This document shows, piece after piece, positions 50,501 to 61,676 of a stretch of DNA of 64,000 nt. Every line of letters begins with the position of its first letter. The stretch's first letter is position 1. The DNA is from Cercozoa sp. M6MM (taxonomy: Eukaryota > Protista > Endomyxa: Ascetosporea), in NCBI GenBank assembly GCA_040357565.1, contig JBDODJ010000013.1; one strand, written 5' to 3'. A program made the position numbers and the translations under genes. Under the pieces are notes generated by a model. The model worked only from the letters and a program-made list of their open reading frames with translations, had not been told where the DNA came from and searched no databases.

Positions 50501-52959
50501 TTCCTGTCACTGCTGCAGCCGCCGTGAGGTTAGTCACACTAATATGAACAATCTCGGCACTGTCGCGGTGACAACCGGACTCCCAAAGATGGCTCGGTGC
50601 TTTGCGAACGAAAACAGCACCCGCTGTTCCAACAGAAGTTCCTGCACCGGGGCAGTTCGACTGATCCAAAGGAAGCCACAACGTCGCACTTCGTTCCTAC
50701 AGATCCTTAGCTTTACGATGATAGCACCAAATAGAGGAGACTAAAATACCTGTGAAAAAGCAACAGCGTGAAGTGCTGATTGCGAAAGCAGACTCGTTCG
50801 GTAGGCACAGGCGTCGTTGTTTCGTCGCCGCGAGTTTTCGTAACTGCTCGACAGAATCACGTTTCGTATGAACGACTTTTGCGACATTTCGTTGTCGAGA
50901 AGAGTGATATGCTGAGTACAACAACCACAAAATCTAAGGACAACAACACAATTAAACGAAAGGAAACGAAAGATATTACATCCATGACGCCATTGATTGA
51001 AACAACTGAAGTTTCGGAAAGTTCCTCGATACGTACGCTGTCGACTTCGACTGTGACGCTTGGAACCAGTTCTTGCAGGTGTCGCACTTGAGTTTCCAAC
51101 GAAGCTTGAGTGCCAAAGGCCACGTGTGCCAAGAACGACATCAACACTCGCAGTTGTGACTCTGCAACAACTTAGTTTAAATTATACTGCATGGAAATGA
51201 AAAAGCAAGGGTACCATCAGCAAGAACACTTTCTGCAGAAGTTTGGTCGAATGCGAGAACAGTGAGTGTGTTGACCGGAACGTTAAAGTTCTTGTTGCGA
51301 AGTTTCGACTTTGTAGCACTTGAGGGATTCAACAGTTTGAGACCAGTGAAGGAATGGCCATCGAAAAAAGCGCCTCCGGAGCGAGCTGGAAGTTGCAGTT
51401 GCATCTGTCGGGTCCAGTAGGGAGCCTCTGCGAGCGACAGTTCCCCTGGAACGTTCACCAGTGATTCATCCACGAGGTCGACAACACGGCCGACACAATC
51501 GTCGACTCGCAGAGTCAAAGCTTCGTCAAATCTGAGACCAGGGAGCACATCGAGTCGCAATACACACGGCGCCAGTTGTTCGATATCGTCGATTCGAATA
51601 CTCTCTTCACATTCCCAAAACAAACATAGCACAGCAGAAAAGCTTTCAGTTTTTATAACTGCTCGTATTACCTTTGTGTTCGGTGCTTTCGGCATGCAAG
51701 CAATCCAGCAGTCCTGCAACGTACTCGTGTGCAAGTCCGTGTCGAACGAACAGCATCCATCGCACGTGACTCACTGAAAGCTGTCGAACGGGCAGCCATT
51801 CAAACTGGAACGGCACAATTCCGGAAAGCGTCAGTTCCAACAGTCGACTGGTCTGTTGTACACCAGCAGGAATCTCCTGTCTGTGAATTAAACAGTACAA
51901 TGTGAAAAGCTGATAGATACCGGTCCATCGCGGTACGAGATTTTCGAACCAATCGGAAGCAGCAACTGTCGCTGCTGATTGCGATCAAAATGAGCACCGA
52001 GACCGCGAATCTCAACAAGGACACGATCCATACTGTGAGCGCTCTCCTCTTCGACAACGTCGACCTCAACTGCGTCAAGTGAATCGACACTCTCATTGTC
52101 CAGTTTGAGTGCTTTCGCAACCAAGCTTCCGTCCGCATCACGCGAGTTGACGGAAATACGGATCACGCCATCTTTCGGCAGTTCGTGAGCGTCCGACGAC
52201 GGCAAGCGAGAGCGCCACCCACCTTCTGTGAGTTCCTTCATTTTCTCCGAAGAAACGGATTGAGTGTGCAGCGACAGCGACGGCGTCTTGTAGCGTATCT
52301 CACGAAAGTCGACGTGCTTGTCGAGAGCGTTCCAGTCAAGTGTGCAGTTCTCGACACTCCTAAGGTCTGGATGCAGCTGAATCTGCAATTCTGAGTCGCG
52401 TGGCCATCTTTCGATCGGATCGATTCGCGCAATGTACGTCGTCACCCAGCGCAAACGACCGCGGACTTTTCCTACACAAAAAAGTAAATTGAAGGTCAGT
52501 TTGTACTTTGCACCAAACTGCTTTGAAATAGAACAACCTTCAACAGTCGGTAGCACCGCAAACGGTGCTTCGACCGACGAATTTTGTGCAAAAATCTTCT
52601 CGAATGTGTCTTTGGCGAAATCATTGTCAAAGGGGTACGGCTGAAGATTCCAGTCGCTTCCTGCATGAAAGCAGTTTCAGTTGTCGTCAATACTGAGGAA
52701 ACAATTGGAGCTCCAAAATACCGAGAGGAATGACTGGCTTTGAGAAGTGGAGCACGAGTGGCGTAAAGTCATTCAACTGCACGAAGTTCGTGTCTTGTCT
52801 GTCACTTGCGCCTGGCTGCAGTAGCACTAGGTCGAACGAGCACTCGCCGTTCTGTGCTTCAGTCGGACGAGCTTGTTGTTGCGACAGCGCGAACTGCGAA
52901 ACGAGAGCCAGTAGCAACCAAACAGCGCTTAGGAACCGTCCTTGTCGCATTTTAGGCAT
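44561..52959 (-). CDS. Bacterial-type alpha-2-macroglobulin-like secreted protein (about 2000+ aa), intron-containing, no evident thioester motif
   Basis: Signal peptide followed by motifs in A2M order: FSKPVIPLG, TTDRKLY..NETVYLSG, LVDASIL, Gly-rich bait-like segment plus VRKNFATT, VKLPENLGTF, PLFARHGD, and terminal PPAHAYAAEQPELMGTS. Confidence 0.8.
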
Positions 52960-53226
52960 CCAAAGCAACTGCACGCATTCGATGAGGCTGCAAGCGTCGG
53001 GACCAAAAACCGATCGGTGCTAAAAGATCACCAACAACTGGGGCTGACAGAGCAACTGACAACCAGAGACTACGGCAGCTTTTTGCGGCTTAAAAGCACA
53101 GAAAACAGCGGAATGCCTGCTTGGCTTGCGAGGGACGCTGTGGGCTCAAGTCGATTGTTTTGATTCCATTGCCAAATACTGCATGATTAGAGAATTGAAG
53201 GGCATCAGATATTTAGTGGAGCTCTG

Positions 53227-53427
53227 ATGTCGCGTCCTGGCACGGTGCGTGCTCATTAAACTTGTTTGAAAAATGAATATGACAATGTTTCGTTTTGTGT
53301 GTGGGCAGCGCGTGTACTGCGTGAGGTGCTCGCAGCCGTTCCTGTGCGATGTGGCGCCCGAAACGACGGCAGCAGTTTGTCCGAATCCTTCGGTACACTT
53401 GTGTGCCTGAAAGTGCGCATGTGCTTG

Positions 53428-53468
<41 letters not shown>

Positions 53469-55552
53469 NNNNNNNNNNNNNNNNNNNNNNNNNNNNNNNN
53501 NNNNNNNNNNNNNNNNNNNNNNNNNNNNNNNNNNNNNNNNNNNNNNNNNNNNNNNNNNNNNNNNNNNNGTGTGTGTGTGTGTGTGTGTGCGTGTGTGTGC
53601 GTGTGTGTGTCTGTGTGTGTGTGTATGTGTATCTGTGTGTGTACAGTGCGGCGGCCAAGTGACACCGCTTCGGCAGAGAGGTCTCGGCGTGTGCGGCTAC
53701 TGCCACGAACCGCTCTTGTTCTCGCCGTTTAATCTGAACACAACGTGTCAGAACTGCATGTGTAGCACGGACCCTCGTAGCTACCTGGGCCATTACCGAC
53801 TGATGTATACGGATTCTCGTTGTGTGTCTGTGGCACTGTATTGTGATTGGACCCTCTCATGCCCAGTGACACTGGTCACTTGAAGACGCAAACCGTGCAG
53901 AACGGAGAGACACCGTCACTGAGTCAATTCGTGCAGCTGCAGCGCGTGCAGCAACGAGTGCCTCAGCCTCAGCAATTCGCGATCCCGGAAGCGTCTGCGA
54001 AATGTCCGACTTGCGGCAAACTCGTGCCGAAAGCTCAACTGCGGCGACACATCAAGTCTCTTTTGCCTTTTGTTCGCTGTGCTCTCACTTCGAACATTTT
54101 TTTGTTTTTGCAGTGATCACTACGAGGGAGAAGAAATCAAACGCGAGAATCAGTTGCGACAACTCGATGATGCTCCGCTCGTGTTTCGCTTGCCTCGAGT
54201 GTACAAACACTACTTCTTCTTTATTTTCCGAGAGTTATATACGGTTCAGTGTGTGCTTCAGCGACGAAGTTCCGCCTCAAAAGTGTCCGCGCGGCAAGTA
54301 TTTCGAGCCAGGCGAATGGACGTGCCAGGTACCTACCAATCTTCCAGCCCAGGGTTCAAACCGAGTGAGAGTTTTTGTTTTTGTCGTTTAGAGCTGCGAA
54401 ACTGTGAATGATGCGAAACGCAATTCGTGCGAAACTTGCGAGAAAATGCGCGAGCAGACGTCGGCAGAACTCGCGAAAGACGAGGAACAGCAAAAGTTGC
54501 TTTCGGCACTTGTGGCGTCAGTTTTCTCTTTTTTGTTTTCGCTCAGTTGGTTCGCAAGTGATTGTTTTCGAAAACTGCTCGCAGGCAACAAGTGGCATTC
54601 GTGAAAACGCGGCAGTTGCCACAAGTGGAGGCGAACGAATTCGTTCGCCGCGCGTTTTTTTCACGACCTCGTTTCAATCGCTTTGTTCAAGTCGGCACCG
54701 GTGGGTACAACTACGAACCGGACTCCTGGCAGGGCTTGCGTGATCTTGAAGAGGTGTTTTTGTCTTCTCGCTGGCTACAATAGTCAAATACTGCAGCTTG
54801 TTGTGTTGGACAGATCGAAGTTGAGGACGATGACAGTAGCGACGAAGAGGAGTACAGTGACTTGGGAGAAGACTCGGAAGAACAGACCGACGTGAGGGTA
54901 GACCTATGCTTTTGAGCTGCAATCGGTTTTATCATTTTTGCAGGTGGAAGCCGGTTGTTTGCCTTTAAACTGCTCGATATCGCAACGGAGACCAGTTGTG
55001 GCAGTACGCACGGTGCGGTGTCAGCACGTGCGTTGCTTTGACCTGGAGTCTTACCTTGTTCAGTCTCAAACTGAGAAGGTACCCCCTTCAGTTCAGTTTT
55101 CCTTTGCTATCGAACTCAAATTTTAGGCGTTTGTAACAGAGCGAAACGGCTAGATGGCGGTGTCCAGACTGCCGTGTGCCAGCAAACCTGACCGAACTGT
55201 ACGTGTGTCCTTTCGTCAGCGCCGTGGCGCGGGAACTAGACGAAAACGAAAGGCTGACTCAAGCCACACGTGTCTTTGTTGACCCGCAACTCACGTAAGT
55301 CTTGGACAGAACGCTCGGTGTGCAATAAAATGAAACGGCTTGTGTTTTGTAGATGGAAAATTCACAAAGACGACGTGCCAAAACCTGAACAAAACGTTAT
55401 TGATCTGACCGCGGAGGACAGTGGTATTCCGATCTCAGCGTTTCTCGTGCCGTTGCTCTCCGCGTGCAATTTGCGAGTCTTGCTTGTTAGATGACGATTA
55501 CGACGGCGTCTACGAGAGACTTCGTGTTAAATCGGAGCCTGCCGATGACTAG
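53227..55552 (+). CDS. SP-RING (zf-MIZ) SUMO E3 ligase-like protein with several additional zinc fingers and a SIM
   Basis: LPLNCSISQRRPVVAVRTVRCQHVRCFDLESYL...WRCPDC...LYVCPFV (about 54960-55220), then VIDLTAEDSDDD. Also RanBP2-type WTCQSCETVNDAKRNSCETC, CPTCGKLVPKAQLRRHINDH, and two N-terminal C4 fingers. Confidence 0.82.
53431..53642 (+). repeat. (TG)n microsatellite in an intron, spanning a 100-N gap
   Basis: Directly visible in the sequence. Confidence 0.97.
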
Positions 55553-55734
55553 CATGATCTCCTGTTTCGCTTCATATCCGATCACTGGACGGCGCGGCTT
55601 CGCTGATCGATCGGACTCGACTGGCTGGTCGTACAGTAGATATGCTACTGTACGTAATGCAGTCGACGCTCGGATACTGTACGCGAGTACTAGTAACTCG
55701 ACGGGATCGGTAGAGCGGAGTCCCGGACTGAACG

Positions 55735-55742
55735 TGTATATA

Positions 55743-55793
<51 letters not shown>

Positions 55794-55882
55794 AAATTTA
55801 TATATAGTACGTGTAGTACTAGTCCGAATAAAACGCCGCACGTGTAGTGCTAGTCCCGCTATATATATATATACACGTATAA
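55735..55882. repeat. (TA)n microsatellites in the intergenic region
   Basis: Directly visible in the sequence. Confidence 0.9.
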
Positions 55883-56047
55883 ATTGTGTGTTGCAATTGC
55901 TTTGGCTTCGGCGGAGTCCGCGCGGAGGAGAAATATACAAAAAAAGCAAAAAACCGGGAGGCTCTTAGACCGCGCATGGTGCAGCGTTTAGAGCCCTAGT
56001 CCAGAGCGGAGGCATGTCAACTGCATCAGAAGAGGAGCTGCTCCTAG

Positions 56048-58280
56048 ATGAACGTCACAGTGACTCAGATAGTTTCTGCTCCGACGTCGCATCAGAAGGT
56101 AAAACTGAGATCTACCAGATTCAGAATCTGTTGTTTCAAAAAAAAAAAGTTTGCAGTGAGTCAAGATGAACTTTCCATGGCGTCGTTGATGTTGACATGC
56201 GAGGATCTGACGCCAGAGAGCGCTGCAGCGGACCCGACGCGAGTTCTTGAAGTGTACACACCTCAGTTTTTGAGTCAAATCGTCGAGCAGATGTCGTTCG
56301 AGCGAAACTTCGTGGAGCCAGACTCGTTGTGCAAGGGTAACATCCCAGGTTATACTTTGGAACCGGAATCTGCACAAGGAGTCGCTGCGTTGGCTTTTTT
56401 GGAACAAGCACTTGCCGAAGAGAGAGAGCTGAGCGATGCTGCGTCCTTGTCAGCACGTTCCTCTCGGAGTCGTGTCTCTTCTGTTTCTGCAACACCGCGC
56501 AAACGCGGTGCGACGCGATACAAACCTTTGCTTCAGAGAACGAAAAGCGTCAACACGCGGACACCGACTTTAAGTCGTCGCACCAGTGTCGTATCAGTGA
56601 AAAAAGCACCGACCAAGCGACGAGCGTCCAAGGCAGCTTTGAAGCCTCCAGTCAGCACCCCACTTGCTGGACACTTTGAGACTAGTCTGCTAGCTAAATC
56701 TTCGAAAGCTATCAAAGCGCACCGTGAACGCGCAAACGCAAAGCAAGTCCGCAGCAAAGATCTAGAGATTCACAGGCTTGAACGAGCGAAACAGGACGAA
56801 GACGTTTCCCGGCGTCGAAAGATGTTCAAACACATCATGAGTGAGCTTGAACTCGCGGAAAGCGATGAAACTGAACAGAGCACGGCGGCTGCGAAACGAA
56901 GGGCGCGGATATCGGCGCGCACAGCCAAAAAAGCGTCCGAAGATTTCTTCCAACACTACCATGCACCGGCAGCCAAAGAGCAGAATGGCCGAAGCCGAGT
57001 CTTGTCGTTCCAAGGATCGCGTTTGCTACCTCGCAATAGTTTCAAAGCTGCGAATGGCGACACGAGACCATCCGTAGCTTACTCTGTGCCAGAGACGCGA
57101 AAGCGTTCGAAAACGACAGCACGCTCGCGAAAGCGTCGACACACAGTGCAGCCCTCACCCTCACTGTCAAAACCCAGCGCAAGAACGACTCTCACTGTGC
57201 CGAAACTGTCGGAACACGAAGCCGTGGACGTCGCAACGGTGCAGCCACCGATCGGTGACACGATGTCGTGTGCCACAGGAGTGGATTTGTACGAGACAAG
57301 CTCGCAACTGGAGACATCAGTAGTCTCTTCCACGAGCAGCAGCGCCTACCTCGACCTCGACATGGGTACACAAAAAGCCTCCCAACCTCTGTCTTTTGCT
57401 CACTTGACACAGTACATTACCCCTGGCTCTGTCAGATGGTGACGACGATGAGCGAATTCGACGGCACAGCATTGCCCGTCGACACCGCGCTTCCGCTGTT
57501 CCTGGCAAAAAGTTGATCAAGAGAGGCAAGCAACGGGCGACGATTCCGGCACGAAAACTCGGCTCACTGAGCAGAGTTGAGGCCGAAAAACTGTCAGCCA
57601 CGTTGGATGCCACACAACTCACGCGAACCGAGTTCGTCAATCTGTGCGAAGCCACGAACGTCGTGTCTTTAGACACTCCAAGAACACGTGAAAACGGAAA
57701 GAGCGAAGCTTCTGTCACTACTGCAACGGAGATGACTTTGAGCCCGAGGTATCATCGCTCACGCACCTGTACTGCTCTACGATTTACTACAAGCAGGTCA
57801 ATCCAAGCGACGGAATCAGCAGCCCCCTGGAAGACCTCAAAGAGCACGAAAGAAACGCCAGTGTCGCTTCTAGAGTCTCCTGTGTCTCAAGTCACCCCAT
57901 TGGACAGCCACGTCGGAGAACAGAACCTCCGGATCGAGCAGATGGCACAACAGGGAACCTGGGGTCGCGTCTCACCGTCATCCAAGAGACGGAGTATTCC
58001 TTCCCACGTGCGCCACTCGCGAGACCTCGGCGAAGGCGCAGCACTTCAACGGGTTCGAGTTCCATCTGTTGTGGCGCCAGGCAGCACCGCTCGCGACTCG
58101 AAAGTACGCGTCGCCGAGATGCACCTGCAACGGCAAAAGGCGCTGCAACGCGCAACGACGCGTCCTCGCGGCTACTTTCAGAAGAAACGACTACAGCCTG
58201 TTGTTCTCACCGAGCACTCTCAGTCGACTCTCCATCGGATTCTGCGCTCAGGACGCCGGACCGACGCCAGTTCTCAGTAG
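56048..58280 (+). CDS. Hypothetical S/R/T/K-rich, probably largely disordered protein
   Basis: ORFs 56048-57442 and 57513-58280 joined in frame by a gtacac...tgtcag intron (about 57366-57435). Confidence 0.65.
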
Positions 58281-58795
58281 AATGACTACACGATACGTGT
58301 ATTGAATTCAGATGGCCCATTAAAACAGTTATTGTTTATTTGATGTTGACCTCACTACATGGATAACTGTGGGAAATATAGAGCTAATAAGTCCACTTAG
58401 AAACTATATCGTTCCCCTGTACCAGCCCAGAGGCTAGGACATCTTCTTCAAGTTGGTACATACGCGATAGTAATTCGCGCTCCGACACGGCACGACACGG
58501 CACGACCCGGCCCGGGACCGTCGTGCATGTACCGTAAATTTACCTTCAGTTTGAATTTCGCTTACACCATCGCATGTACATGCATACTTCCGCTAAGTCG
58601 GGTCATCGCATACAGTACAGCACCGCACACGCGTCGTGTACACGATACAAGCTAAGTAAGCTACGTCGCGTTTCAAACACGACACTTCACACGACAACTG
58701 TAGCAACGACTCGGACGCGACGGACTTTAGAGTAAAAAGGGATTTGAAACTAAAAATGCTGGCTGCACCACGCAGATCTAGATCTGCTGCCTGGG

Positions 58796-59534
58796 CTACA
58801 GCAGCTGTTGTGTCGGCTTGTGCAGCGCCTCCTCCAGGATGGGCGTGATGCGTTTGTAGTAGGTCTCCTGCAGCAGAAGCACATAGTGCCTCACTCGAAA
58901 AATCGATACGTAAGTGTACCACAAAAGGCAGGGCGCCTCCTGTTTTGCCATGCTCACGCAGCGTCTCGATCACTCCATTTCGCACGGCCCTGCGGTGCCG
59001 CATGCCATGGTGGTCAACGAAAGCACTAAACACACATGCACATAGCTCTCGAGCCAATGATAATTTACAATACTGAATGTGTCATTTTACTATTGTGGCG
59101 TCATATTGATCGTCTTGTGCTGTCCCAGGGAAATGAAGGCGTGTACTTCGCCCTGTCAAACCACTGTTTGTTCGAAGAACTTACACAAGCTAATAGAGGG
59201 AGTGATACCGGCCGCAACGTGATCTCGGCCAACTCGGCTCTTTCCGCACGGTATCTACTTTCATACAGGACATCGATACTGTTCCCTCAAGTTGGCAGTG
59301 TCCTTGCGGACTTGCTGTACACTTGGGAATTGATGTTTTTGGCGACAGCGATTCCGGACTACACAAGGTTTTGAAAGCTCACGGAAAACACAGGGAGACG
59401 CTTAAAGCTACAGTACCTGCAAGGCAAAAGAGAAGTTCTTCTCAAAGCCGGCGACTTGGTTGCTGTCGTCGATGACGCTGACCATGTCGCCCACGGCGTA
59501 GACATTCTCAAGCGCTCCCCTGTCACCAAGCACA

Positions 59535-59583
<49 letters not shown>

Positions 59584-59593
59584 NNNNNNNNNN

Positions 59594-59641
<48 letters not shown>

Positions 59642-61634
59642 GCTGGTTGACATACTGTTCGCTTAGCACACGCATGGACATGTCGACCTTGACAGCGCCA
59701 CTGTTGTAGGGGTCAGTCAGGAACAAAGACGGCAGAGCAACGTAAATTGTACACTGGAGTCAGTGCCGACGCGATCGGAGCGAAAGTCGACACGTACGAC
59801 GAGTTGGCTTGCGGACCACCTGATACATAATATGGATGTCTGGGACACATATACTTACAGATACTTGTACCAGCCCAGACTATGGCGTCAAAGGTGAAAG
59901 TATCGCCGTTGCGACAGGTGACAGTGGTGTCGTCGGCGTCCACTACGCGGTAACCTTGGTCGCACCTGCATGACAGCTACTTGTACTATACAAACACCAG
60001 CTCAGACAGTCACGCACAGCACGTTGACGCCCATGGCAGCGAGTTCGCGTTTGACCAGATCGTGAGCGCCCGGGAGACGGCGCAACAGACAACTTGAAGA
60101 CAACAATGTCACCTCGCGCTGTCCTGGCAGACCGGCCACCTCGCTTGCCATCTCTATCACACACGCGCACTTACTAGACACAAACACACCAACACACACA
60201 TACATACATACATACCTACATATATACCTACATACCTACATACATACATACATACATACTACACCCATACTGCATACATGTGCATGTATTATGATAGGAA
60301 GGCGTATACCACAGCCAGTGAGACCGCCACCCACAACAACGATTTTCGCGGCATTCTTGTCTGCTCACATGTTCGTACAACATACACGCACCACGCGGCA
60401 CCAAAGGACAGTGCAAGAATGTTACAGTAAAGGTTCTGCTTCTTGAGTTGCTTGCGTCGCAGCTGCTGCGATCGACTGTGTTTCAATGTCACATAATATT
60501 TTTATGCAGTAGTATATATATGGGTTATGGATATGAGCGAGAATTCGGGGCACCCAATGGTACTGCGAACGTTGCCATCGTAGCAGGCACCGGTGGCAAG
60601 AACTAAACTGTCGTAGCGCACTTGCTCGGTGCCGACCATGACTATCGAATAAAACCCTACAAGTTACATGGGTCACATCTGCTGTAGCGCTGGGATACCA
60701 TGTCCCGCGCGAACAGCACGCACCGTGCCAAAAACGAGTCGCACGTGCTACTTGCGCTTGTGTAAGTACAAATGTACAAACAGAGTGCCTTACCTCGCTG
60801 TCGTTGCCAAAGATATCGCGCAGGGGAATCGATGCCTTGTCGTGGTGCTGCAAGCACAGAATATGCAAGGTCAAGGAGGTTTGAGAGAGAGTAAGCTTCA
60901 AAGAGTACAGTGTAGTCGACACTACTGGCATAGACCATCGACGGTACGTCCTCAAAGTACTCCTTGTCACTGTCCAGACGCATCAGCAAACAAAGCGCAC
61001 GCATGTACACCAGCATGCAATGCAGACTCACTTGATCAGCGTCAGGTGCACGTTCGGGTTGCTACGTAAGCCGGTCGCCGCAGCTGCAGTCCATTCCACC
61101 TGGTATAATTGAGCACCTACTGAGAAACAGTAGAGCAGAAAAACACCAATTCCGCCGGGACCTGCTCCCACGACGACGACGCGATGCCTGCCGCTGCCTT
61201 CTCTGTTCAACTCTGCAACAAAGTGTGTCTTCAGTACTGATTAAATAGCACTCGGAGTGATACTGAAAAACTGAAAGCAGGTGACACTTACCGCACCCCT
61301 GCTGCACGCGCTGGTTGAAGCTCTCCACAAAACTGGCAACAAAGTTCGTCTTCAGCAACTCGCCTAATTCACAGGACACTTGTGTCACGACCTGGCAGAA
61401 ATGAGGACTGTCAGACTTACGAATTTCGGCATCAGCACGGTCCAGCACCGTCTTGTACTGCTCGGCTACAGGGGGAAAAATAAACACACACACACACGCA
61501 CACGCACACAAAGCAGCAGCAGTACCAACGAGTTCTGCCACCGTTAGTTCCAAAGCTTCGTCGATCTTCTCTTCCGTGCTCTGTCTGCTTGTTTCAGATA
61601 CGACAGTGTGAAAACAAGAGAACAGGAAAACAAG

Positions 61635-61676
<42 letters not shown>

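Noticed and set aside
44561-52959. Bacterial contamination or very recent HGT of the A2M gene
   Set aside because: The gene has numerous spliceosomal introns and sits contiguously among eukaryotic genes.
53146-53883. ORFs with CVCV/HTHT runs (also at about 34421, 41305-41789, 59408-59726, 61589)
   Set aside because: Translations of intronic dinucleotide microsatellites and N gaps.
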